A DNA stretch of 64,000 nt, taken from Lama guanicoe. Lineage: Eukaryota. Position 1 is the stretch's first letter; each line of letters begins with the position of its first letter. Below, piece after piece: positions 53,625-64,000 of the stretch. Location of the stretch: positions 248,001-312,000 of the forward strand of contig MU053304.1 of NCBI GenBank assembly GCA_013239625.1. Reading direction: 5' to 3'. Position numbers and translations under genes: made by a program. The notes beneath the pieces are model-generated. The model was not told the DNA's origin. It saw only the letters and a program-made list of their open reading frames with translations, and ran no database searches.

Positions 53625-54987
53625 AAACCTGACCTAAACCTCACATCTTGTACAAAAATTAACTCCAAATTAATTTAGACTCTATAACACCAAAAGTATC
53701 ATCCATAAAGAAAAAAAATGAATAAACTGTTATTCTTTTTTCATTTCAAGGACCTGAATGATAGTTGAATGATAATTTAAGAAATTTTTCTCAACATGTT
53801 GAACATTAGAGCTCTTCTCAGAAGACTAAAAAGAGTAATTAGAATTGAAGCTCTCTGTTTTATCCTTAAGCAGTAAAATGGATAGGTAGAAAGGACTTAC
53901 ATATATTATTTCAATTTAATGAAAGACATTCGCTAGACACCATTCACCTACAACCTATCATCTTAGTGTCTTCATGAAAAGCTCTAGGGAGTTAAATTTG
54001 AGTTTTAGACACTCGGGGCTAATTCTGGGACTGCTGGCATCAATCAAGGGTTACTGATAAAGAAAAAGGGATATTTTATATATTATGACAAGGCTGATAC
54101 CATATCATCTTAAGTTCCAGCTCTCAATGCTTCTCTAACTTGTAAAGTCTTGTAACTCTTAGTGGAATTTAGGTTTATATAGTTTTAGCCTAAGTTTAAA
54201 ACCCATTACACTAGAAAATGTAATTAAGAGACTTAGATTATGAAATATTTTATTTCCTTCTGCAATCCCAAAGACTAGTAAAGTGCCTGCTAAATAATAG
54301 GTCAATAAAGTTTGTGAAATCACTTTCTAAGGAAAAATGAAATTCTGAAATTTAAGAAACTGAAATAATAAAACTCATTGAAATTCTGTCACCTTCACCC
54401 ATCTGCCACAATCAATCAAACCCCATCATTTTCACTCTGTGTTCTGCAATATGTGAGAGTCTCTCTGTCATTGTTCTAGTGTTTTGACAATGCCTGAGTT
54501 GAGGCTAAATGTGGCAGTCACCAGAGAACAAACAGTAATTGAAATCATAACCACAAAGGAGATCAGCCTAGGAAGAGAGTATGGACTAAAAAGAGAAATA
54601 GCCTAGGATTGAGACTTGAAGAGCCTCAAAGTTCAACAGCCAGGAGAAGAAAATCAAAATTTCAAAGACAGAAAAGAATGCTCTCCTCAAAGGAGCAATA
54701 AGAGAAAACCTGGGGGAGTATGATGTCAAGGAAATCAAGCTTTCAAGAGGGTAGTGGGCAATAAAATCATATATGCTAAGAAAAGTGAAATAAAGAATTA
54801 ATTTAATTTAGTAGTATGGATGTCAAAGGGAGCTTGTTGAGAGCTGTTCTGGTGAAGCAATATGAATAACAACCAAAGAGAAACAAGGTGAGGAACTAAA
54901 TGGGCAGGGGGGATGTGGAACTGATGAGTTGACTCTTTTGTGAAGTATGGCTGTGAAGAGGAAGAGGTGAAATCAAAAGATTTTCCA

Positions 54988-55897
54988 GACATACAAATGA
55001 TCAAAAAGCACATGAAAAAATGCTCAATATCACTAATTATCAGAGAAATGCAAATCAAAACTACAATTAGGTATCACCTCACACCAGTCAGAATGGCCGT
55101 CATTCAAAAATCCAAAAATGACAAATGCTGGAGAGGCTGTGGAGAAAGGGGAACCCTCCTACACTGCTGGTGGGAATGCAGTTTGGTGCAGCCACTATGG
55201 AAAACAGTGTGGAGATTCCTCAAAAGACTAGGAATAGACTTACCATATGACCCAGGAATCCCACTCCTGGGCTTGTATCCAGAAGGAAATCTACTTCAGG
55301 ATGACACCTGCACCCCAATGTTCATAGCAGCACTATTTACAATAGCCAAAACATGGAAACAGCCTAAATGTCCATCAACAGGTGACTGGATAAAGAAGAT
55401 GTGGTATATTTATACAATGGAATACTACTCAGCCATAAAAACCGACAACATAATGCCATCTGCAGCAACATGGATGCTCCTAGAGAATGTCATTCTAAGT
55501 GAAGTAAGCCAGAAAGAGAAAGAAAAATACCATATGAGATCATTCATATGTGGAATCTAAAAAACAAAAACAAAAACAAATAAACAAACAAAAACAAAGC
55601 GTAAATACAGGACAGAAATAGACTCACAGACAGAGAATACAGACTTGTGGTTGCCAGGGGGTAGAGGGTGGGAAGGGATAGACTGGGATTTCAAAATTGT
55701 AGAATAGATAAACAAGATTACACTGTATAGCACAGGGAAATATATACAAAATGTTATGATAATTCACAGAGAAAAAAAATGTGACAATGAGTGTGTATAT
55801 GTCCATGAATGACTGAAAAATTGTGCTGAATACTGGAATTTGACACAACATTGTAAAGTGATTATAAATCAATAAAAAATGTTTAAAAAAAACAAAA
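54988..55897 (+). mobile_element. Young 5'-truncated L1 with uninterrupted ORF2 C-terminus (about 190 aa of ORF 54940..55560) and 3'UTR
   Basis: Peptide includes CWRGC...HCWWEC (cysteine-rich knuckle) and [16 protein letters not shown]. Perfect 13-bp TSD aaaagattttcca (54975-54987, 55898-55910). Confidence 0.95.
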
Positions 55898-56547
55898 AAA
55901 AGATTTTCCATTTGTCGTTGCTGTCACTATTACTTTCATTAAAGGGGAAACTTGTTAAAAATACTAGGAAGAAAGAGTTGAAAAGGTGGGGCCCAAGGTA
56001 AATGATAGTTTCTGTGAGGAGAGAAGGGGGGATAGGGATGGGTACTCCCCCAATATGTCCTGTGCTCAAGTTCACACAATTCACTCACCCTCCACTCCAA
56101 CCTCACTCTTAAAATTGTACCTATTAAAGAACAGCTCAAATTCCATACCTTCCTCCCTCTACGAACCTCACCTAACTTCTCTATCTTTGGGGATCACATC
56201 TCTGCAATGCCAGTGTGTGCTGTTTTCCACATGTATTTAACCACAAAATCCTTTACAGCAGGTTCTACATAATGTACACTCGGAAATGAACATTTTCCTT
56301 CCTGTCCAGCTGTTCCACTCATGTCCTAGCCCCTCAATAAAGCCTTTCCCAATCATACCAGAACAAGTAATACCTTTGTAAAGTTCTGACAGCATGACAA
56401 GTATTCAAGACCCTAGAATGTAAGCTCCAAGAGCGTGGGGCCTTGTCTGTCTGGTTTACCATTGTATTCCAGTGCCTAGTAGGGCTGACACATAGCAGGC
56501 ACCCAGGAAATGTTCACTGAATGAAGTAATTAAAAGAGATGCCCTTA

Positions 56548-56662
56548 GCCAATATATTATAATAACTATAAATAGAGCAGAACCTTTAAAAACTGAATCA
56601 CTATGTTGTACACCTGAAATGTATATAATATTGCACATCAACCATACCTCAAAAAATAAAAA
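56548..56662 (+). mobile_element. Short L1 3'-end insertion next to an L2 3' end
   Basis: ataactataaatagag...tgaatcactatgttgtacacctgaaa...tcaaccatacctca. Flanking repeat agatgccct. Confidence 0.78.
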
Positions 56663-57295
56663 AGATGCCCTGTTACTGAACAACTATAAGTTATTGAAGA
56701 GCAGGAACTATATTTTATGCCTATTTCTACAAGCAGGTGAAGTAGACACTGAACAAATGTTCTTGATAACATGATAATAATTTATTGCGGCCTAATGTCA
56801 CAGTGGGAATTAAAAAGCCAGTTTGGCAACAAGCTCTGACACTGATGAAAAAGAACAAAAAGCCTATTGATGCTTCTCAACTCTAATTTTTAAAGGTAAT
56901 TATAATAGTTGTCTTCAAAATACTAAAACATTTCCACATATTCCAGAATTTAAGAAAATTCTTAAAGATAACTGAACTGCTTATGAAATTCTTTTATAAA
57001 TTCATATAATACTCTAGAATCTCAGTGCCTATTATAAGATTTATCTGAATTCTAGAGTTTTAATGTTTTCACAAGTTGATAATACATTAGTCAGAGCCTC
57101 TCACATCAGCCCCCATTTCAAAGTAGAGCCGCTCTAAACCACTATCAGCCAAATCCGTTTCCTCCAGGTAGATATGCTATACAATGCATCGTACACGAAA
57201 GCCAAGACAGTTTCTCACTCCTTTGCAGAAGTACTTCTGCTAAGTTCCAGGTCTTCCAGGATAACAAGGAATATCCTCAGTTAAGAAGCAAAGAT

Positions 57296-57447
57296 GGAGG
57301 GAGGGTATAGCTCAGTGCTAAGGTAAGGGTTCAATTCCCAGGACTTCCATTAAACAAACAAACAAACAAACAAACCTAGTTATCTATCCCCCCAAAAGAA
57401 GTTAAAATAAAGAAAGAAATTTACTTATTTAAAAAAAGATTTTAAAA
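57296..57447 (+). mobile_element. tRNA-derived SINE (Vic-1-like) with internal deletion between A and B boxes
   Basis: ggagggagggtatagctcagtg...gggttcaattccc, (AAAC)n, acctagttatc. Perfect TSD aagaagcaaagat (57283-57295, 57448-57460). Confidence 0.88.
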
Positions 57448-58049
57448 AAGAAGCAAAGATAGAAAAAATAGAGTATTTTCATAATTCTTAAAGAGCATGG
57501 AACCTATTATATTAGAGAAGGAAAGAATGTCATATACATTTTTTAAAAAGGAAGAATTTCTTTTACCTATACTTTTTATATAAATTCAAATGTCTTGTTA
57601 CATTTTTATTCCAGAAACAGCAAGGAATTAAATTCGCAAGTGAAATGTCATGGCACTGACCTACAGATGAAGGATGACAACCCAACAGCTTAAAAATGCC
57701 AACAGTCTAGCAACTCTTTAAGAGTTTAAGAGTTCTTTAAGAGAACCATCTCTTTAATCATCTTTGCCTCTCAAAGTGTAACAAATGAAACCTCTACTTA
57801 AACACATCACAGTCATAAAGACAATTCTCTTTAGAAGGCAGGATTACTAAGGATTCTCACTTTAAAGACATATATTTTAGTAATGTCTGATTTTTTTTTG
57901 TTTCTTAAAGAGTATGAATTACTTTTGTCAAACAGCATTTTATATACATATATAGGTACACATATATGTTTAATTCTATTCACTAACAATAAAAAGGGTC
58001 CATTTAGACTTATCAATAAAAAATAATTATGCTTTTTCATAAATCAAGT

Positions 58050-60050
58050 TGGTTCAATTGTTTAAGAGGTTTTCAATATTTACAGATAATATGATTTCTA
58101 TCTAGAAAATCTCAAAGCATATACTTACAAATTATTAAGATTAAGATTAACGATTTCAGCAAGAATGACAGAAAGGGCAGATTCAAAATCAACAAATAAA
58201 TTATCAATAACATTCTTATATGCCCACAATAATCAATTTGAAAATGTGACGGGAAAAAAGATCAATTCTAAGTAATAACTAAAAACACAAAATGTCTGGG
58301 AATAAAATTAACAAGACTGATAATTTAAATTTTAAAATTAAGTTTTAAAATTTAATAAGACTAATTTAAATTTTAAAATTATTTTTAAAATTATGAAAGA
58401 CCTAAACAAATAAAATAACCCTGTTCTTTGCCAGAAAGACTCAATATTATAAAGCTGTTGGCTGCAAATTAGTTGAAGTCAATGTAATCACAATTAAATC
58501 CCAATCACAATTTTATAGAAACTGACAAGCTCATCTTAAAAATCAAATGGAAGGAAAAAAATGGATGGGCAAAGGATGTGAATAGACACTTTTCCAAAGA
58601 AGATATATTAATGGCCAAGAAATTCATGAAAAGATGCCAAACATCATCAGCCATCAAGGAAATGCAAATCAAAATCACAAGGTTCCACTCATAGTGAATA
58701 GGATATCTACACCAAAACAAAACCCAGAAAATAACCAGTATTGGCAAGGATGTAGAGAAACTGGAACCCTCATACACTGCTGTTGGAAATGTAAAATGGT
58801 TCAACTACTGTACAAAACAATCTGGCAGCTCCTCAAAGAGTTAAACATAGAATTACCATACAACCCAGCAATTCCACTTCTAGGTGTATACCCGAAAGAG
58901 TTGAAAATAGTTTACTCAAATAAGTAACTATACACACATTTTCACATCAGCACTACTCACAATAGCCAAAAGGTTGAAACAACTCAAAGGTCCATAACAG
59001 ATAAATGGATACACTGTGGCATATAAACATAATACAATATTATTCAGCCACAAAAGGAATGAATACATGCTACAACATGGAAGAACCTCAGAAACGTTAC
59101 ACTAAGTGAAAGAAGCCAGACAGACACAGGTCACATATGATTCCATGTATATGAAATATCCAGAATAGGTAAACCCATAGAGACAGGACACAGACTGGTA
59201 ACTAGCAGAAGCTAGGGAAAGGGAAGAATAGGGAGCAACTACTTAATGGGTACAGAATTTTCTTTTGGGATGATGAAAATGTTTTGGAACTAGATAGAGG
59301 TGATGTTTGTACAACACTGTGAATGTACTAAACGACAGAGTCCCTTTAAAATGGTTAATTTTATGTTATGTGAATTTTGCATCAGTAAAAAATTAAGTCA
59401 AATGGAAGAGAAAATGTACATAATAGATGAAAAATATCTGCAAAGGAAGAGTAACAAGAAAAGATTTGCTCTCTCAGATTGAAAAACATACTATGAAGTA
59501 ATAGTAATTAAAAGAGTATGATATTTAGTTGAAATAGGCAAAAACATCACTAGAAGGAAACAAGAGTAAAAATGACCTTTGGGAAATTATAAAAAAGGTA
59601 TTTCAAATCAGTGAGGGGAAGACAACTCAAATGATAACAGGACAACTAGGTACCTGTTTACAGAAAAGTGATGTTAGATCTTTAATACTATCAATAAAAA
59701 ACAGACTGCAGTTGGCTCAAAGTGCTAAATGTTGGAAGTAAAACTATAAATATATTAAAAGAAAATATAGAGTAAAAACTGATCAAAATCTAAGGGTAAA
59801 GAAAGCCTTCTGAGTTAAGACATAAAACAGAAATCATAAAGAGACTCAAATTTTCAAAATTAAAAACTTCTGTAAACCAAAAGAAACTGTGAAGACAAAA
59901 CAACAGTCTGGAAGAAAATATCTACAACATATAAGACTTCAAAGATTTATATACCAAATATGTAAAGACCTACAATCAATATGAAAGAAGCAACCCAATT
60001 AAAACAAAAACTAAAAACAGACAAAAGATAAGAATGGTCACAAAAAGAAA
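58050..60050 (+). mobile_element. Old L1 ORF2 fragments with a nested L1MB-like 3' end (~58555-59395)
   Basis: ORF 58634..58927 gives GCRETGTLIHCCWKC...IELPYNPAIPLLGVYP. 3' end reads aaaatggttaattttatgttatgtgaatttt. Confidence 0.82.
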
Positions 60051-60372
60051 TATTCAAATTTAATTGGTCAGTGTTTGGCCCAGGCTTGGGTATTATTCTT
60101 AAATCTCCCTAGATTATTTTTCTGTGCAATCAGGGTAAAGGATCACCCAGCTACCTATATGGGGAATGAGAAGTAACCAGACTGCCCAAGGTGAAGTATA
60201 AGGAGAAAGACAGGAAAAATAAACCATCACTTTAAAGGGCTCCTGCCCACTCACAAGGGAAGGGCCTGAGAGTGCATTAAATGTCTTAAAGGAGATTGGT
60301 TTATTTTTATCTAGTCAGAGAATATTACCATTTTTTATTTCTACAAGGTAAAACACATGAATCATATTCTTT

Positions 60373-60706
60373 TTTTTTTAATTGAAGTATAGTTGATTTT
60401 AAATGTTGTGTTAGTTTCTGGTGTACAGGAAAGTGATTCAGTTATATACATATATATTCTTTTTCAGATTCTTTTACATTACAGTTTATTACAAGATACT
60501 GAATATAGTTCCCTCTGCTATACAGTAGGACCTAGCTGTTTATGTATTTTATATATAGTAGTTTGTATCTGCTAATTCTAAACTCCTAATTTATCCCTCC
60601 TCTCCCTCCTCCCCCACCTTTCCCCTTTGGTAATCATAAATTTGTTTTCTATGTCTGAGAGTCCGTTTCTGTTTTGTAAATAAGTTTATTTGTATCATTT
60701 TTTAGA
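60373..60706 (-). mobile_element. L1 3'UTR insertion with TSD
   Basis: T tail, then aattgaagtatagttgattt... (same family as the 12653 element). TSD atgaatcatattcttt on both sides (~60357 and ~60707). Confidence 0.9.
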
Positions 60707-61159
60707 TGAATCATATTCTTTAAAGACTAATGAGGAAAACTATTAAGAAATAAATTTATATTCCTAAGTGCAAGCAGCCCAGGATTAAATACTTGCAAAA
60801 TATGACCAAAGCAGACATATATAACATTATACGGATAAGCAAACCACTGAAAAATACCTGCTTTGTGATTTTATTTTATAAATTTCAAAAACATGCAAAA
60901 TTAAACAATAGGTTAAGGATACAAACTGGTTCAAGTATAAAGAAAATACAAAACTCAGATTACTTCTGAAACGGGAAGGAAGAAGTGGGATTAAGAATAG
61001 GAACACAGAGATCTTCAATTTTTTCTTAAAACTAAGTGGTTAGATACATGGGAATTCACTGTCCTATTATTCTGTATACCTTACATATATTTTGCATACA
61101 TTACTTTGTAACTTCTCAGTATTTAATAAAAGATCACAATTTAAAAACAAACAGGACTG

Positions 61160-61299
61160 GAGGGGAGAAAATAGCTCAGTGGTAGGAGCACATGCTTAGC
61201 ATGTAATGAGGTCCTGGGTTCAATCCCCAGTAGCTCCATTAAAAATTAGTTAATTAATTAACCTAATTACCTCCACCCCCCAAAAAATTAAAATAAAAT
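61160..61299 (+). mobile_element. tRNA-derived SINE (Vic-1-like)
   Basis: atagctcagtggtag...gtcctgggttcaatccccag...acctaattacctcc. TSD aaaaacaaa(c/a)aggactg. Confidence 0.9.
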
Positions 61300-62889
61300 A
61301 AAAACAAAAAGGACTGTATAGAAATGCATGTAAGTACATACATAATCTTTTAATTCTAGATTCACTCTTTGCCACTGAAAATCAACTTGGTTCTGTGGTG
61401 TCTTTCTAACTGGTCACCTGTTAGGAGTTAGCAAATGCTTGATTTTCATCTTTTCTTCCCAAGTTGCACTAACAAGAAAATTCATGGGGGTACAGAGGGT
61501 TTACAGCAAAGAGTAATGTGCTCTTTGATCAAACTCACATTGAGAACCACTAGCAATCATTTCAGGGAGCTTTAGCAAAGAGGTCATTTGCCAGAAATCA
61601 AGAATAAAAAGTTTTGCATAAGATAATTAAAAGCATTGCAAGAAGAATGATGTGAAATCTTACTTGAATAGTAAGATTTTTCCCATTAATTATTTTCTAA
61701 CTGACTGAAATTCAATGAAACCCTGGATGAAACCTCAGCTGTCAATTCCTTTGAGATACAAAGATCAGAGTGAGTCCAGTTGAGCACTTAAAGTGTCAGG
61801 GCCAACTGTGTATATGGTGGGTCGTCGTGAGTTCAAGGACAGTGCCACGTGTACTCCTTCCTACCAGCCAGAAGTAAAAAAGTCCCAGAGAAACAGGCAT
61901 GGGCTCTGCCCACAACACTGTTATTCTTTTCATTAGAACAATACAAGATTACACAATGACCTTTAAGCTGAAGTAGGATTCTGGATGCCTGAGAAAGTGG
62001 GATAGTCTTAGGATATGGTAAGCTGACCGCTGAGACAATGAATTAACATAAAGTATGCTGACTTCTTTGGAAGGAATTTCATAACCACAAGATTTAAGAC
62101 TACTTAAACAATAAGCAATGTAATCAAAGGCCCTAATAAAGTAAAACTAAAGGTGCTATAGTAAGAAAAATGCTATTCATCAATCAATAAACCTATAAAT
62201 TAATTATGTACAAGACTGTAGTAATTAATAAAGGAAATGCTGAAAGACTCCACACTTGTGTTAGAAGCATGATATATTAAAAAGCTGTGTTAAAGCTAGA
62301 CATCAGAAATACTCCACAATTCAGTCTAACCTCCCTAGTCGTCTGCTTTCCATATTCACACCCAATTCAGCAAAACACATGCCCCACTCTTTCAATCCCA
62401 TACACTGCAATATATGCTTCTCCCCTCTTCAAATGCTTCCACCTCCTTAGAGCAATGTGCAAAATCTTACCTGTCCTTAAAGGCTCATTCCAAATGCTTC
62501 CTGCATCTTTGGAAGTCGTTTATAACCTACACACTCCCTTATGATCTTTCAGAATTCTCTATTATGGTGGCTTCTTTACTTTTACTTCTATTTTAGTTAT
62601 ACACTTATCCCTCGTACAGAAGCAGGAGTATTGGAAAGAACAGAAGTTGTGAAAAACCTAGATTTTAATCTGAATATTAACTGTCTGAACTTGACCAAAC
62701 CAAACTACCTAGCTTTCTTAAGCCTGTTTCCAAATGTACAAAATAGAGAAATTATTATGTATCTTGCATTATTTCTTTAATAAATAGGGTGTATTGTGTA
62801 GTGTGTGTCTGTTTATTAGAGGAAGAGATGGGCAGAGAGACAAAGAGAGAAAGAGAAAATATAGAAATATACAGGAATAATTTAAAAAG

Positions 62890-64000
62890 GACAGAAAAGT
62901 AGTAATTAGAATTGTATCCCATGTGTTTAAAAAGTTAGAGGAGAAACTAAAAAGGTTAAGTGACACTAAAGACATAAAAAGGATCCAAGTCAGAACTCTA
63001 GATATAAAAACTATGATGCCCAAATGAAAAACATGCTGGATGGGATTAACAGCATATTAGACACTGCTGAGGGAAAAGTTAGTAAATTTGAAGATAAAGC
63101 AATTGGAATTATCCAAAATGAGAAACAGAAAGAAAAAGAAAAGAAAAAAATGAACAGAGGGCATCAGTGAGCTATCGGACTTTAAGCAACCTAATATATA
63201 TGTAATTGAAATCAGCTGGGGATGGGGACACCAAGAAAGGTGGAGAAAGAAAAATATTTGTAGAAATAACAGCTGAAATTTTTCCAAATTTGATGAAAAC
63301 TATAAAACCACACTTCAGGAAGATCAATGACACAAATCACAAGAAACATAAAGAAAACTACATGACACATCATAATCAATTTGGTTAAAACTAGTTTAAA
63401 GGGAAAAATCTTAAAAGCAGCAGAGAAAAAAAAACACATTAAGCACAAGAAACAGACATGAAGATGTCAGATTTCTTGTCTGAAGAAAGCAAGATAGAAG
63501 ACAGTGAACCAAAATCCTAATAATACTGATAGGCAAAAAAAAAGTTGGTTTAGAATTCTTTATGCAACAAATATATCTTTCAAAAACAAAGGCAAAATAA
63601 ACAAGGTCCAACTATATAGCAAAGGGAAATATATTCAATATCTTGTAATAGCCTATAATGAAAAAGAATATGAAAAGTAATATATATGTATAGCTGAATC
63701 ACTATGCTATACACCAGAAACTAACACAACACTGTAACTCAACTATACTTCAATTTTTTAAAAGGCAAAATACAAACTTTTTCAGACATGCGAAAGCAGA
63801 AATAATCATCACTAGCAAATCTACATGACAGAAACACTAAAAGAAGTCCTTAAAGCAGAAAGAAAATGAAAACAGATGCAAATCTGGATCTATACACAGG
63901 AATAAAGAGAACTAGAAAAGGTAGCTACATCTGGGAGTTTGAAATTTGTAGATACTGACAGGCATATGTAGAATAGATAAACAAGATTATATTGTATAGC
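62890..64000 (+). mobile_element. Old L1 ORF1 region with nested younger L1 3' ends (~63600-63760, TSD aaaggcaaaata; and ~63930 to window end)
   Basis: ORF 63206..63388 gives KIFVEITAEIFPNLMK (ORF1p). Nested 3'UTR text matches other copies in the window. Confidence 0.82.

Noticed and set aside
54940..55560. Longest ORF (206 aa) as a host gene
   Set aside because: It is the L1 ORF2 C-terminus inside a TSD-flanked truncated insertion.

Overview
Mammalian intron-dominated genomic DNA, most likely camelid (alpaca/llama/camel). The species call is inferred from tRNA-derived Vic-1-type SINEs and a young L1 3'-end family. The window covers the 5' part of DIS3L2 (uridylation-dependent 3'-5' exoribonuclease of the RNase II/R family) on the minus strand. 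It holds four coding exons (28286-28337, 27611-27768, 19675-19728, 11954-12055) that splice GT-AG into an uninterrupted 122-aa N-terminus beginning MNHPNYRLNLRPLGTPRG and ending LLPEEQWK. No CpG island or promoter is visible, so the non-coding first exon probably lies beyond 64000; downstream exons lie before position 1. The rest is largely layered transposable elements: L2/MIR, old L1M, one near full-length decayed L1, young L1 3' ends with TSDs, SINEs, MER DNA transposons and LTRs. Most ORFs in the supplied track are chance or L1 fragments. I found no evidence of a genuinely new biological system. The best second-look items are a tailless 35-nt U2 retropseudogene with TSD, two twin-primed (5'-inverted) L1 insertions, a candidate poison exon in intron 3, close inverted and direct young L1 pairs, and two candidate intronic enhancers. 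Repeat subfamily names and boundaries were judged by eye and are approximate.
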